Origin: a virus | Taxonomy: Duplodnaviria > Caudoviricetes | Length of the DNA: 26,230 bases | Virus record (IMG/VR): IMGVR_UViG_3300032221_000476 | Coordinates: 1-26,230 of that record | Direction: 5' to 3' (one strand) | Shown: piece after piece, positions 17,687 to 25,511 of the stretch | Layout: every line of letters begins with the position of its first letter | How positions within the stretch are numbered: the first letter of the stretch is position 1 | The notes under the pieces: model-generated | The model's database searches: none | The model's input: the letters and a program-made list of their open reading frames with translations, nothing else | Told to the model about the DNA's origin: nothing | Program-made: the position numbers and the translations under genes

Positions 17687-19153
17687 ATGAATAAATTAGA
17701 AAAATTTTCCGTAGTAGGCGGAGGAACAGCAGGATTTGTTGCTGCTTTAATTTTAAAGACTAGGTTTCCCGAGATAGAAATTGAAGTAATTCGTTCTAAG
17801 AAAATTGGTATTGTCGGAGTTGGAGAAGGTAGTACCGAACATTGGAATGAATTTATGAATTATATAGGTGTAAACTATCGAACAATTATTCGTGAATGTG
17901 ATTCTACTTTTAAATGTGGTATTATGTTTAAAGGATGGGCAGAAAATGATTATATGCATAGTATCGGTCCAGAAGCAGATTTTAAAAACGGACAATATCT
18001 ATCAATCTATGGCAAGCTAATAGGCGAGGGCTATCCTAATAAATTTTTAAATCCTAGCTATACCTGGGAAAATAAAGTATATCGTGATAGACTAAACCCA
18101 GACGCAGAAACTCCGTGGAATCAATATCATTTTAATACACATAAACTTAATGACTTTCTTACAAAGGTTTCTATTATTAAAGGTATTAAAGTTGTTAACG
18201 ACGAAATACTAGATATAATCATAGACGAAGACGGTAACATTGACCATTTAATAGGTGAAGATAATAATTACTCTTCTGACTTTTATATTGATTGTACAGG
18301 ATTTGCTAAGGCATTAATTTCTAAGTTAGGTGCAAAATGGGAATCTTACGGAAAATATCTCAAGATGAAATCTGCTATTACATTTCCTAATGATGATACT
18401 GAAGAATATAATATGTGGACACTAGCACAAGCAATGGATTATGGGTGGATGTTTACACTTCCGGTATGGGGAAGAAGTGGAAATGGATATATCTTCGACA
18501 GTGATTATATAAGTGTTGATCAAGCTAAAGAAGAAGTAGAAAGATTCTTAGGAAAAAAGATTGAGTTTGGTAAAGCATTTAATTTTGATCCAGGAAAATT
18601 AGATAAAGTTTGGATTAAAAATTGTTGTGCTATAGGTCTAAGTGCTAATTTTGTTGAACCTTTAGAAGCAACATCAATAGGCACAAGTATTCAGCAAGCC
18701 TTTTTGTTAATGCATCGCTTACCGAATTACGATGAAAAAACTATAGAAAAATATAATAAAGATATTAGTGATATTCTAATTAATATCAGAGACTTTGTTA
18801 TATTACACTATGTTACTAAAAAGGATAACACACCATTCTGGAGAGATATTCAGAATATTAAACTTCCCGAAAGTCTTGAAGAAAATTTAAAGAAATGGAA
18901 AAAGAATTTACCTATTGCTGATGACTTTAGAGGAACAACCGATTATAAATTATTCAGTGAAGCACATTACATTCATATTCTTTCGGGTTTAAATTTATTC
19001 AATCGTGATTTGATTAGAAAAGAATATGAAATGATGCATCCTGAAATTAAGAAAAGGGACGATAACTTTCTTAGAGAACTTAGAACTCTTGAAAAAATCC
19101 AACCTACTATCGGGCATAAAGAATTTATATCACATATAAGAAATTCATTTTAG
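17687..19153 (+). CDS. Flavin-dependent halogenase 2 (tryptophan halogenase family)
   Basis: GGGTAG, GVGEGS, STFKCGI (catalytic Lys), YHFN, YIDCTG, WMFTLP (variant of WxWxIP), FVEPLEATSI. Confidence 0.9.
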   Translation: MNKLEKFSVVGGGTAGFVAALILKTRFPEIEIEVIRSKKIGIVGVGEGSTEHWNEFMNYIGVNYRTIIRECDSTFKCGIMFKGWAENDYMHSIGPEADFKNGQYLSIYGKLIGEGYPNKFLNPSYTWENKVYRDRLNPDAETPWNQYHFNTHKLNDFLTKVSIIKGIKVVNDEILDIIIDEDGNIDHLIGEDNNYSSDFYIDCTGFAKALISKLGAKWESYGKYLKMKSAITFPNDDTEEYNMWTLAQAMDYGWMFTLPVWGRSGNGYIFDSDYISVDQAKEEVERFLGKKIEFGKAFNFDPGKLDKVWIKNCCAIGLSANFVEPLEATSIGTSIQQAFLLMHRLPNYDEKTIEKYNKDISDILINIRDFVILHYVTKKDNTPFWRDIQNIKLPESLEENLKKWKKNLPIADDFRGTTDYKLFSEAHYIHILSGLNLFNRDLIRKEYEMMHPEIKKRDDNFLRELRTLEKIQPTIGHKEFISHIRNSF

Positions 19154-19731
19154 TTGTAATTCATTGCTATAGAAATTCTAGGTTCAGTATTTGTTCCAGG
19201 TTCAACTAAATGTCTTAGATATGATCTAAAGATTATTAATGTTCCTGTTTCTGGGGTATATCCTGTACGAGAATATCTTAATTGATTTCTATTTTCTTTA
19301 GTTTTTATAGGACACATATCAGGCTCTTTAGGATCTTCAAATACAATTCTTCCTGATCCTTCTGGAGCACTAACATAGTAAACGGCACTAAAAACATTAC
19401 CATTATGAGCATGAAATTCTTGCCAAGAACTACCTGTAGCAACATTTAACCAAGAATAATTATTTTTGTATGTTTCTTCACAATTATGTGCCCGAGCAAA
19501 TTGATGTATATGATAATTAACTTTATCTAATAGTGATTGACATTCGGGATCGTCATTTAAATTATGAGAAGCATGTGAAGTATAAGTACCTCCAACCCAT
19601 TCTGATCCTCCTGTAGGAATTTTATCATATATAGATAAACAATGTTCTTTCAGTTTATCGTTTTCTTCTTTTGATAAGACATCTTCTTCAAGATAAATTG
19701 CTACAGGAAACCATAGTTCAATTTTTGACAT
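19150..19731 (-). CDS. 2OG-Fe(II) oxygenase, TIGR02466-like (HxH)
   Basis: LWFPVAIY...SWLNV...QEFHAH..VFSAVYYV.AP..SG.IVFEDP...P.TGTLIIFRSYLRHLV...RISIAMN. Start is probably ATG 19731. Confidence 0.88.
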   Translation of the reverse strand: MSKIELWFPVAIYLEEDVLSKEENDKLKEHCLSIYDKIPTGGSEWVGGTYTSHASHNLNDDPECQSLLDKVNYHIHQFARAHNCEETYKNNYSWLNVATGSSWQEFHAHNGNVFSAVYYVSAPEGSGRIVFEDPKEPDMCPIKTKENRNQLRYSRTGYTPETGTLIIFRSYLRHLVEPGTNTEPRISIAMNYN

Positions 19732-20329
19732 CTCTATCCGCCCAAATGTTAAAACCAACTGCTATTCTATCTTCTTCACTGTGATTATGTGTTACAGTAT
19801 GTTGTAACCATGCCTCAAACATTATCATTTCACCTACTATTGGTTCATATTTTACATGGCTAAAATTGTAATCATTTTCTTCTTTTTTAATTCTTTCAAA
19901 GAACGTATTTGTTACTCGACGAGCTTCTAAAGGATTGTGAAAAAGAACGTTGCCAGACTTTTCAGGAACATTTAAGTATAAACATCCACTAATTAACGCA
20001 CCATAATGATCGTGTCTAACAAAATAAGATCCTGGAGGATTATATTGAAGCCATGATGTTATCTCTATGTAACATTTTGGATCGAGTCCTAATATTTCTA
20101 AATATTGTCTTGTTGCTCCATTAATACAATCTAGTAAAGGTCGATCGCCTAAGTTTCCTAGAAAATCTTTATCTTTATAAAATGTAGTTAACAATTCTCC
20201 AGGAGGAGGGTTATCAGCAAAATTAGTATCTTTAATAAACTTTCTAACTAAAAAAATAGAATTATCGATTATTTCTTTGTCTATTGTAAACCTAGCAAGA
20301 GAAATAGGAAAAATATTATTGACTCTCAT
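19718..20329 (-). CDS. 2OG-Fe(II) oxygenase, TIGR02466-like (HxH)
   Basis: IFPISL...SWLQY...FVRHDH..LISGCLYL.VP..SG.VLFHNP...P.VGEMIMFEAWLQHTV...RIAVGFN. Confidence 0.88.
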   Translation of the reverse strand: MRVNNIFPISLARFTIDKEIIDNSIFLVRKFIKDTNFADNPPPGELLTTFYKDKDFLGNLGDRPLLDCINGATRQYLEILGLDPKCYIEITSWLQYNPPGSYFVRHDHYGALISGCLYLNVPEKSGNVLFHNPLEARRVTNTFFERIKKEENDYNFSHVKYEPIVGEMIMFEAWLQHTVTHNHSEEDRIAVGFNIWADRDVKN

Positions 20330-20940
20330 CTCGGCTCCAAATTAATATTAATTATTGCTCTTTTAGTTTCTTCTATTGGATTACTTGCTGTATGATATTG
20401 CAGTCCATTAAACCAAATTAATCGATTAGCTTTTGGAGTAACTCTAGCTTGTGTAGTGAATGTTTCAGGACCGATTGCTGTACCTTTACCAGTATACGTA
20501 CTCCACTCATTAAAAATTCTAGTATCACCATCTGAATCATTTAGATACAGAATAAGAGTTTCATGTGGGTAATAATAATCAACATGTGGCATGTTGTAAT
20601 TATTACTAGTAAAGCCTTGTTTTTGAAATTTTATGCTCATCCTTACTCGAATTAAATGATTTTGAGTAAAGCCTAATTCTTTCTCCATCTTCTGAAATAA
20701 TGGTGTAAGAGTGTTATATGTAAAGCTCTTAATGCTCCATTCTTTTTCAAATACTATATGATGAAACCCCCAAGTTTCCATGGCTAAAGGATCTCTAATT
20801 ACTTCAGCATCGTTTGGATCTATAGAAACATGCTCGCCATAAAACCAAGGAAACTTTTGTCCTAAGACAAATGTAGAAAGTTCGTTAAACTCATCTGTAT
20901 CTAAGAAGTCATCTATTATACATAAACTGCTTTTATTCAT
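20326..20940 (-). CDS. 2OG-Fe(II) oxygenase-fold protein ('FPW' subfamily)
   Basis: IIDDFL...FPWFY...RVRM...MPHVD...YLNDSDGDT...PKANRLIWFNGLQYHTAS...RAIININ. Confidence 0.82.
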   Translation of the reverse strand: MNKSSLCIIDDFLDTDEFNELSTFVLGQKFPWFYGEHVSIDPNDAEVIRDPLAMETWGFHHIVFEKEWSIKSFTYNTLTPLFQKMEKELGFTQNHLIRVRMSIKFQKQGFTSNNYNMPHVDYYYPHETLILYLNDSDGDTRIFNEWSTYTGKGTAIGPETFTTQARVTPKANRLIWFNGLQYHTASNPIEETKRAIININLEPR

Positions 20941-20947
20941 AGTCTAT

Positions 20948-20989
20948 TACTTATGAATTTTTTTAGTCAGATTGAAAAAAATATAAGTA
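20948..20989. promoter_or_regulatory. Divergent late-type promoters (ATAAGTA on both strands), each abutting a start codon
   Basis: tacttat at 20948-20954 (minus: ATAAGTA-ATAGACT-ATG at 20940) and ATAAGTA at 20983-20989 (plus: ATAAGTA-GTTTT-ATG at 20995), with T-tract and A-tract between them. Confidence 0.65.
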
Positions 20990-20994
20990 GTTTT

Positions 20995-22464
20995 ATGAAA
21001 GTAGAAAAATTAGTCATTGTCGGCGGTGGAACTAGTGCTTGGTTAGCGGCCGCTTATCTTCATAACAATCATCCTGCTATTGATATTACCGTAGTTGATA
21101 AGGAAGTAGGAAACTCGATAGGAGTTGGAGAGGCTACGTTACTATCCTTTCTCCCTTTTATGAATGAATGTGGGTTCCAGATAGACGATTGGTTTTCAAA
21201 GATTGATACAGGATACAAGTCAGGAATATTATTCACTAATTGGCGAAAAACTGGAAACGACATCTGGCATCCTTTTTATAAGGGTAATAGAAAAGTTGAT
21301 AAAAACTTTCATCTGTGGGATATTTGGTCTTTAGCACAGGATTTTGATTTTAAAAAATATGTAACAGCATCCTACGAATCTTCTATTATACATAATACTG
21401 TAGATAGTTCTAATTTACATGCATATGCTTATCATGTTGATTGTGGAAAACTTGTTTTGTATATTCAGAATAAACTACAAGATAAAATAAAGATTATTAA
21501 ATCAGAAGTTGTAAATGTTATCAAAACAGATGATACTCATATAGATTATTTGGAACTGAAAAACAGTGATAAAATTAAAGCAGATCTATATGTAGACTGT
21601 ACAGGGTTTCATAGTGTTTTGAGGAAGTCAAAAGAAAGAGTTGATTTACAAGGAAGGTTATTTGTTAATACTGCGGTTGTTTGCCAGGTACCTTATGAAG
21701 ATCGTCCTGAAGAATTTAAACCTTATGCAGTATGCGATGCTGTTGATCACGGGTGGGTATGGAAGATTGGCATTTCTTCAAGAATTGGTAGTGGTATGGT
21801 TTTTAATAGAAACATAACAAATCCAGAAGAAGCAAAAGAATACTTTGTTAACTACTGGAATGGTAGAATTAAGAAAGAAAATGTTCGTGTAATTAACTGG
21901 GATCCTTTTTACAATAAGGATCAGTGGACAGGTAATATAGTTCAAATCGGTTTAAGTGGAGGATTTATTGAGCCTCTTGAAAGTACAGGTGTAGGATTAA
22001 TTACTGTAGGAATTACTCAACTTAGTAATGCTATCTTCGAGCAATGGTATAGCCAGAATGACGTGAATAATTTTAATTCTCAATTAATAACTTTATTTGA
22101 AGATTGTGTTGATTTTGTTAGTATGCATTATGCAGACAATTTAAGAACTAGCAAATTCTGGGAATATGTTAGAAATACATTTGTTCCTTCTGATAGAATG
22201 TTGCATTACCTCGAAGTATTAAAAAACCCAAATGTTAAAGTCCCTGTAGATAGTAAGCACAATTATATGTTCGGTGGAAGTAGTTGGTCTATGTGTCTTC
22301 AACAGTTAGGATACGAAATAACGCCAAGAAATATTCCGTACTCTCAAGAAGAAATAAGGCAAATTATATATGAATACTATGTAGAACATGAAAAAAATAA
22401 ACATGTGTGGTCACGAAAGCACGATTTAGAAATCGATAGAATTAACGAACTTAATAATTTATGA
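20995..22464 (+). CDS. Flavin-dependent halogenase 3 (tryptophan halogenase family)
   Basis: Start is probably ATG 20995 (MKVEKLVIVGGGTSA). GVGEAT, TGYKSGI (catalytic Lys), AYHVD, YVDCTG, WVWKIG, FIEPLESTG (canonical halide-site motif). Confidence 0.92.
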   Translation: MKVEKLVIVGGGTSAWLAAAYLHNNHPAIDITVVDKEVGNSIGVGEATLLSFLPFMNECGFQIDDWFSKIDTGYKSGILFTNWRKTGNDIWHPFYKGNRKVDKNFHLWDIWSLAQDFDFKKYVTASYESSIIHNTVDSSNLHAYAYHVDCGKLVLYIQNKLQDKIKIIKSEVVNVIKTDDTHIDYLELKNSDKIKADLYVDCTGFHSVLRKSKERVDLQGRLFVNTAVVCQVPYEDRPEEFKPYAVCDAVDHGWVWKIGISSRIGSGMVFNRNITNPEEAKEYFVNYWNGRIKKENVRVINWDPFYNKDQWTGNIVQIGLSGGFIEPLESTGVGLITVGITQLSNAIFEQWYSQNDVNNFNSQLITLFEDCVDFVSMHYADNLRTSKFWEYVRNTFVPSDRMLHYLEVLKNPNVKVPVDSKHNYMFGGSSWSMCLQQLGYEITPRNIPYSQEEIRQIIYEYYVEHEKNKHVWSRKHDLEIDRINELNNL

Positions 22465-23186
22465 AAATAATTAATTGGTCATTTATTACTAGTAGTGAAT
22501 TTAATATAGATCACTCTGAATGTGTGAAAGAATTATTAGATAAAAATTTTAATCCTTTTAAAAGTTTGTCTAAGGAAATAATTTCATCTAGAAAGGGATC
22601 TGATTTTTTAAAATGTCCTGCTCATACTGATTTTTTAAAAAACACATTTGTTTTTTGTGCTCCTTTTGATCTTACTATTGAACTAGAAATTGATATAAAG
22701 AATAAATCATTTAGAATTTTTTGTGAAAATATTTCGCAAGAAATTTTCGAATCACTTATAGATATAAGATTTTTAAAAAATCAAAAAAAATTTCCTTTAA
22801 TCGGAATTGATTGGTTAGTTGTATTAACTACAGTTGAGTCGACAATGGTTCAGATATTACCAGCTTTTATGAATTATAATGATTTTACAAGTAAAACTAC
22901 AGTAATTCCAGGTGAATATGATATTAGTAAATGGACTAGACCTGTTGAAACTGTTTTTGAAGTAAAAAATAATTATGAAAAAATTATTATTAAAAAAGGC
23001 GATGCTATATCTTATTTTAAATTTTTAACATCAGATAAAATTAAACTAATTCAATCGCCTACACCATGGAATGAAATTATAGAATGTAACAACTTAGTAA
23101 ATTCTAATAAATTTAGACCTTTAAAAGAACGTTATGAATCTTTAGAAAAAGTAAGGACAAATAAATGTCCCTACTCAAACAATTAA
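22461..23186 (+). CDS. Hypothetical protein (CP-motif, possibly DUF6065-like/beta-clip fold)
   Basis: 241-aa ORF coupled (ATGA) to halogenase 3. Motifs KCPA..D, PFDL, VIPGEYD.SKW.RP, IKKGDAI. The family assignment is tentative. Confidence 0.5.
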   Translation: MKIINWSFITSSEFNIDHSECVKELLDKNFNPFKSLSKEIISSRKGSDFLKCPAHTDFLKNTFVFCAPFDLTIELEIDIKNKSFRIFCENISQEIFESLIDIRFLKNQKKFPLIGIDWLVVLTTVESTMVQILPAFMNYNDFTSKTTVIPGEYDISKWTRPVETVFEVKNNYEKIIIKKGDAISYFKFLTSDKIKLIQSPTPWNEIIECNNLVNSNKFRPLKERYESLEKVRTNKCPYSNN

Positions 23187-24319
23187 TATCTAACTACTAC
23201 GATTCCTGAGCCGCCAGTTCCGCCATGTCCTCCAGATCCACCACCGGTATTATCACCACCATTGCCGCCACCGACGGTAGGATTACATGTTGCTCCATTG
23301 TTCCACGCTTGTCCACCGCCCTCAAATTGTCGACCCGCTACGTTGCCTGTTAATGTATTTTGTGGGTTGGTCGCGTTTTGATTTCCATACGGACCTGCGT
23401 GATGATATCCACCACCACCTCCTCCGCCGATACCTCCGCAATAAGAACCCCAGCCAAGGTGACCACCACCACCTCCACCGCCACCCCAATATAACATTTG
23501 TCCTGTCATATCAGATGCTCTGCCGGCGCCGCCGCAAACTTGATCACTTCTAAAGCTACCTCTATAATTCTGTCTACCATCAGGTGCGGATCCACCGCCG
23601 CCTCCGGCTCCACCGCCGGCGCCGCCGTTGTGAGTGTTTTCAGTATCAGCATTAAATCTTACACCAGATCCACCCGGATATCCTTGGCCTGATACGCTAA
23701 GACCGCCATAACTTCTTATTCTACTATCGGTTCCGTCGCCTGTGTTGGAGCCACCGCCGCCACTTCCTCCAGGACGTCCTGCTGTAGGTGATCCTAATAG
23801 ACCATTTTGTCCTTGTGCCCAAGTTCCACCCTGACCGCCACCAGTTGCTGTAAGAGCACCGAACACTGTATTACTGCCATTTGCTGTTCCAGCACCACCA
23901 CCGCCAACTGTAATCGGAATGCCAGTACCGTTGCTAACAGGATATGAACGACTGCTAATAACGCCGCCACCGCCACCGCCGCCACCCCAGCTTGATCCGC
24001 CGCCGCCGCCGCCAGCGACAACTAGAACGTCTACAGTTCCAGTGAATGTGGGAGTAAATGTATGACCTCCTACTGCTGTAAAAATATGAACTATGCCGCC
24101 ACCGGGTACATAATTAATTTGATTACCACCTGTACCTACAAGGCCTTGGCTAAATCCTGTTACAGGTCTCCAAGTAGTACCGTCAAAAAATTCTAAAGTG
24201 TTTTGTGAGTTCGCACTACTATATCTTAATTTTCCAGTTGCCCCAGAAGTACTTTGAGTATTGTTTGGAGTTAGGATTGTTCCTGTTCCACTAATAGTTG
24301 TATTTCGTAATGTTGCCAT
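23183..24319 (-). CDS. Glycine-rich tail fibre/adhesin-like protein, paralogue A (378 aa)
   Basis: N-terminal fibre-type module (LEFFDGTTWRPVTG), VHIFT..G..TFT, VDVLVVAGGGGGG, many polyglycine tracts, C-terminal GGSGIVVVRY. Confidence 0.75.
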   Translation of the reverse strand: MATLRNTTISGTGTILTPNNTQSTSGATGKLRYSSANSQNTLEFFDGTTWRPVTGFSQGLVGTGGNQINYVPGGGIVHIFTAVGGHTFTPTFTGTVDVLVVAGGGGGGSSWGGGGGGGGVISSRSYPVSNGTGIPITVGGGGAGTANGSNTVFGALTATGGGQGGTWAQGQNGLLGSPTAGRPGGSGGGGSNTGDGTDSRIRSYGGLSVSGQGYPGGSGVRFNADTENTHNGGAGGGAGGGGGSAPDGRQNYRGSFRSDQVCGGAGRASDMTGQMLYWGGGGGGGGHLGWGSYCGGIGGGGGGGYHHAGPYGNQNATNPQNTLTGNVAGRQFEGGGQAWNNGATCNPTVGGGNGGDNTGGGSGGHGGTGGSGIVVVRY

Positions 24320-24363
24320 TTAATCTCTCTTTAATATCTTACTATAACAATACCTGAGCCGCC
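24291..24363. repeat. Direct repeat copy 1 (gene-junction unit; copy 2 at 25439-25511)
   Basis: 73-bp stretch with 3 mismatches, including 42 identical bp (24307-24348 = 25455-25496) spanning stop, 11-bp spacer and start. Confidence 0.9.
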
Positions 24364-25467
24364 GTTTCCTGCTTCGCCATATGCTCCGCCACCACCGCCG
24401 CCAGTATTATCACCAGCATTACCTCCGTGATAATGACTAGCACCACCTGCTCCTGAGTTTAGTGCCATTCCTCCACCTACACTATTAGGTCCATGTTGTG
24501 ATCCAGGATATCTCGGACCACCGTGAGTTTGAGTTGATCCACCACCACCGCCAATTCCACCAGATGCTGCTAATGTACTATTACCGTGATGAATAGAGCC
24601 GCCGCCGCCACCTCCCCAATATAAGGTATATCCCATAATGTCGTTAGCAATTCCAGGGCCGCCGTCTGCTAGTAATCCTTGACGGCAATCGTCCATATGA
24701 CTGAACCCTGGGCCTCCTGCTCCGCCGCCTCCTCCGGCACCATGCATATCCTCGCCTTGACGATTAAATCTAATTCCTGATCCACCTGGAAAACCTTGAC
24801 CGGCAACACCGCGTCCACCCATATTTTTGTTACGACTATCATTAGGTCCGGTATGATTGTTTGATCCTGCGCCATTGCTGCCAGGACAGCCGCCGCCACC
24901 AGAAGCACCAGGACGACCTGCATATCCATCCCATGATCCACCGCCGCCGCCGCCATTAGCTGTGATTGAACCAAATACAGTATTACTTCCAGGAGTTGAG
25001 GACTGTGAATAAGCTGGAGGTCTTGCTGCTGTTCCTGCTACTGTTATACCTATACCCGATCCTGATGTAACTGGAAAAGCACGATTAAAAGTTACGCCAC
25101 CGGCTCCACCTCCAGCACCTAAGTGTCCTCCACCAGAAGCACCACCTCCAATAACTAAAACTTCAACTGTACCGGTAAATGCAGGAGTAAATGTATGAGA
25201 TCCTGCTGATGTAAACATATGAACTACACTATTAGCACGACCAACATTTGATCCGGCAAAAAGAATGGTATTTCCACCTGAGCCTATTGATCCTTTGCTT
25301 ATTCCTGTTACAGGTCTCCAACCTGCATTATCATAATATTCTAAAAGATTATTACTAGTGTTAAGTCTTATCATACCTGGTGTTGGAGATGGTCTAGTGG
25401 AAGTATCACCTTGGGGAAGTCTTAAAAATCCAGTATCGCTAATAGTTGTATTTTGTAATGTTGCCAT
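24331..25467 (-). CDS. Glycine-rich tail fibre/adhesin-like protein, paralogue B (378 aa)
   Basis: LRLPQGDTSTRP...GMIRLNT...LEYYD..WRPVTG, VEVLVIGGG, polyglycine tracts, C-terminal GGSGIVIVRY. Confidence 0.75.
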   Translation of the reverse strand: MATLQNTTISDTGFLRLPQGDTSTRPSPTPGMIRLNTSNNLLEYYDNAGWRPVTGISKGSIGSGGNTILFAGSNVGRANSVVHMFTSAGSHTFTPAFTGTVEVLVIGGGASGGGHLGAGGGAGGVTFNRAFPVTSGSGIGITVAGTAARPPAYSQSSTPGSNTVFGSITANGGGGGGSWDGYAGRPGASGGGGCPGSNGAGSNNHTGPNDSRNKNMGGRGVAGQGFPGGSGIRFNRQGEDMHGAGGGGGAGGPGFSHMDDCRQGLLADGGPGIANDIMGYTLYWGGGGGGSIHHGNSTLAASGGIGGGGGSTQTHGGPRYPGSQHGPNSVGGGMALNSGAGGASHYHGGNAGDNTGGGGGGAYGEAGNGGSGIVIVRY

Positions 25468-25511
25468 TTAATCTCTCTTTAATATCTTACTATAACTATT
25501 CCTGAGCCGCC
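25439..25511. repeat. Direct repeat copy 2 (gene-junction unit)
   Basis: Matches 24291-24363 at an offset of 1148 bp. Confidence 0.9.

Noticed and set aside
11515-20940. 2OG-Fe(II) enzymes as radical halogenases (SyrB2/BesD/WelO5-type)
   Set aside because: Those have HxA/HxG in place of HxD. The motifs here are HxD, HxE or HxH.
6512-21263. Small ORFs nested in gp14, gp15, groEL, oxygenase and halogenase genes as possible RiPP precursor peptides
   Set aside because: All lie inside well-supported genes on the other strand or frame, with no leader/core pattern or independent expression signals.
11515-23186. DNA hypermodification cluster (TET/JBP, AlkB) or pyrrolnitrin-type biosynthetic cluster
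   Set aside because: No methyltransferase, glycosyltransferase, nucleotide kinase or prnBCD-like genes in the window, and the context is late/structural. Disfavoured, but not formally excluded.
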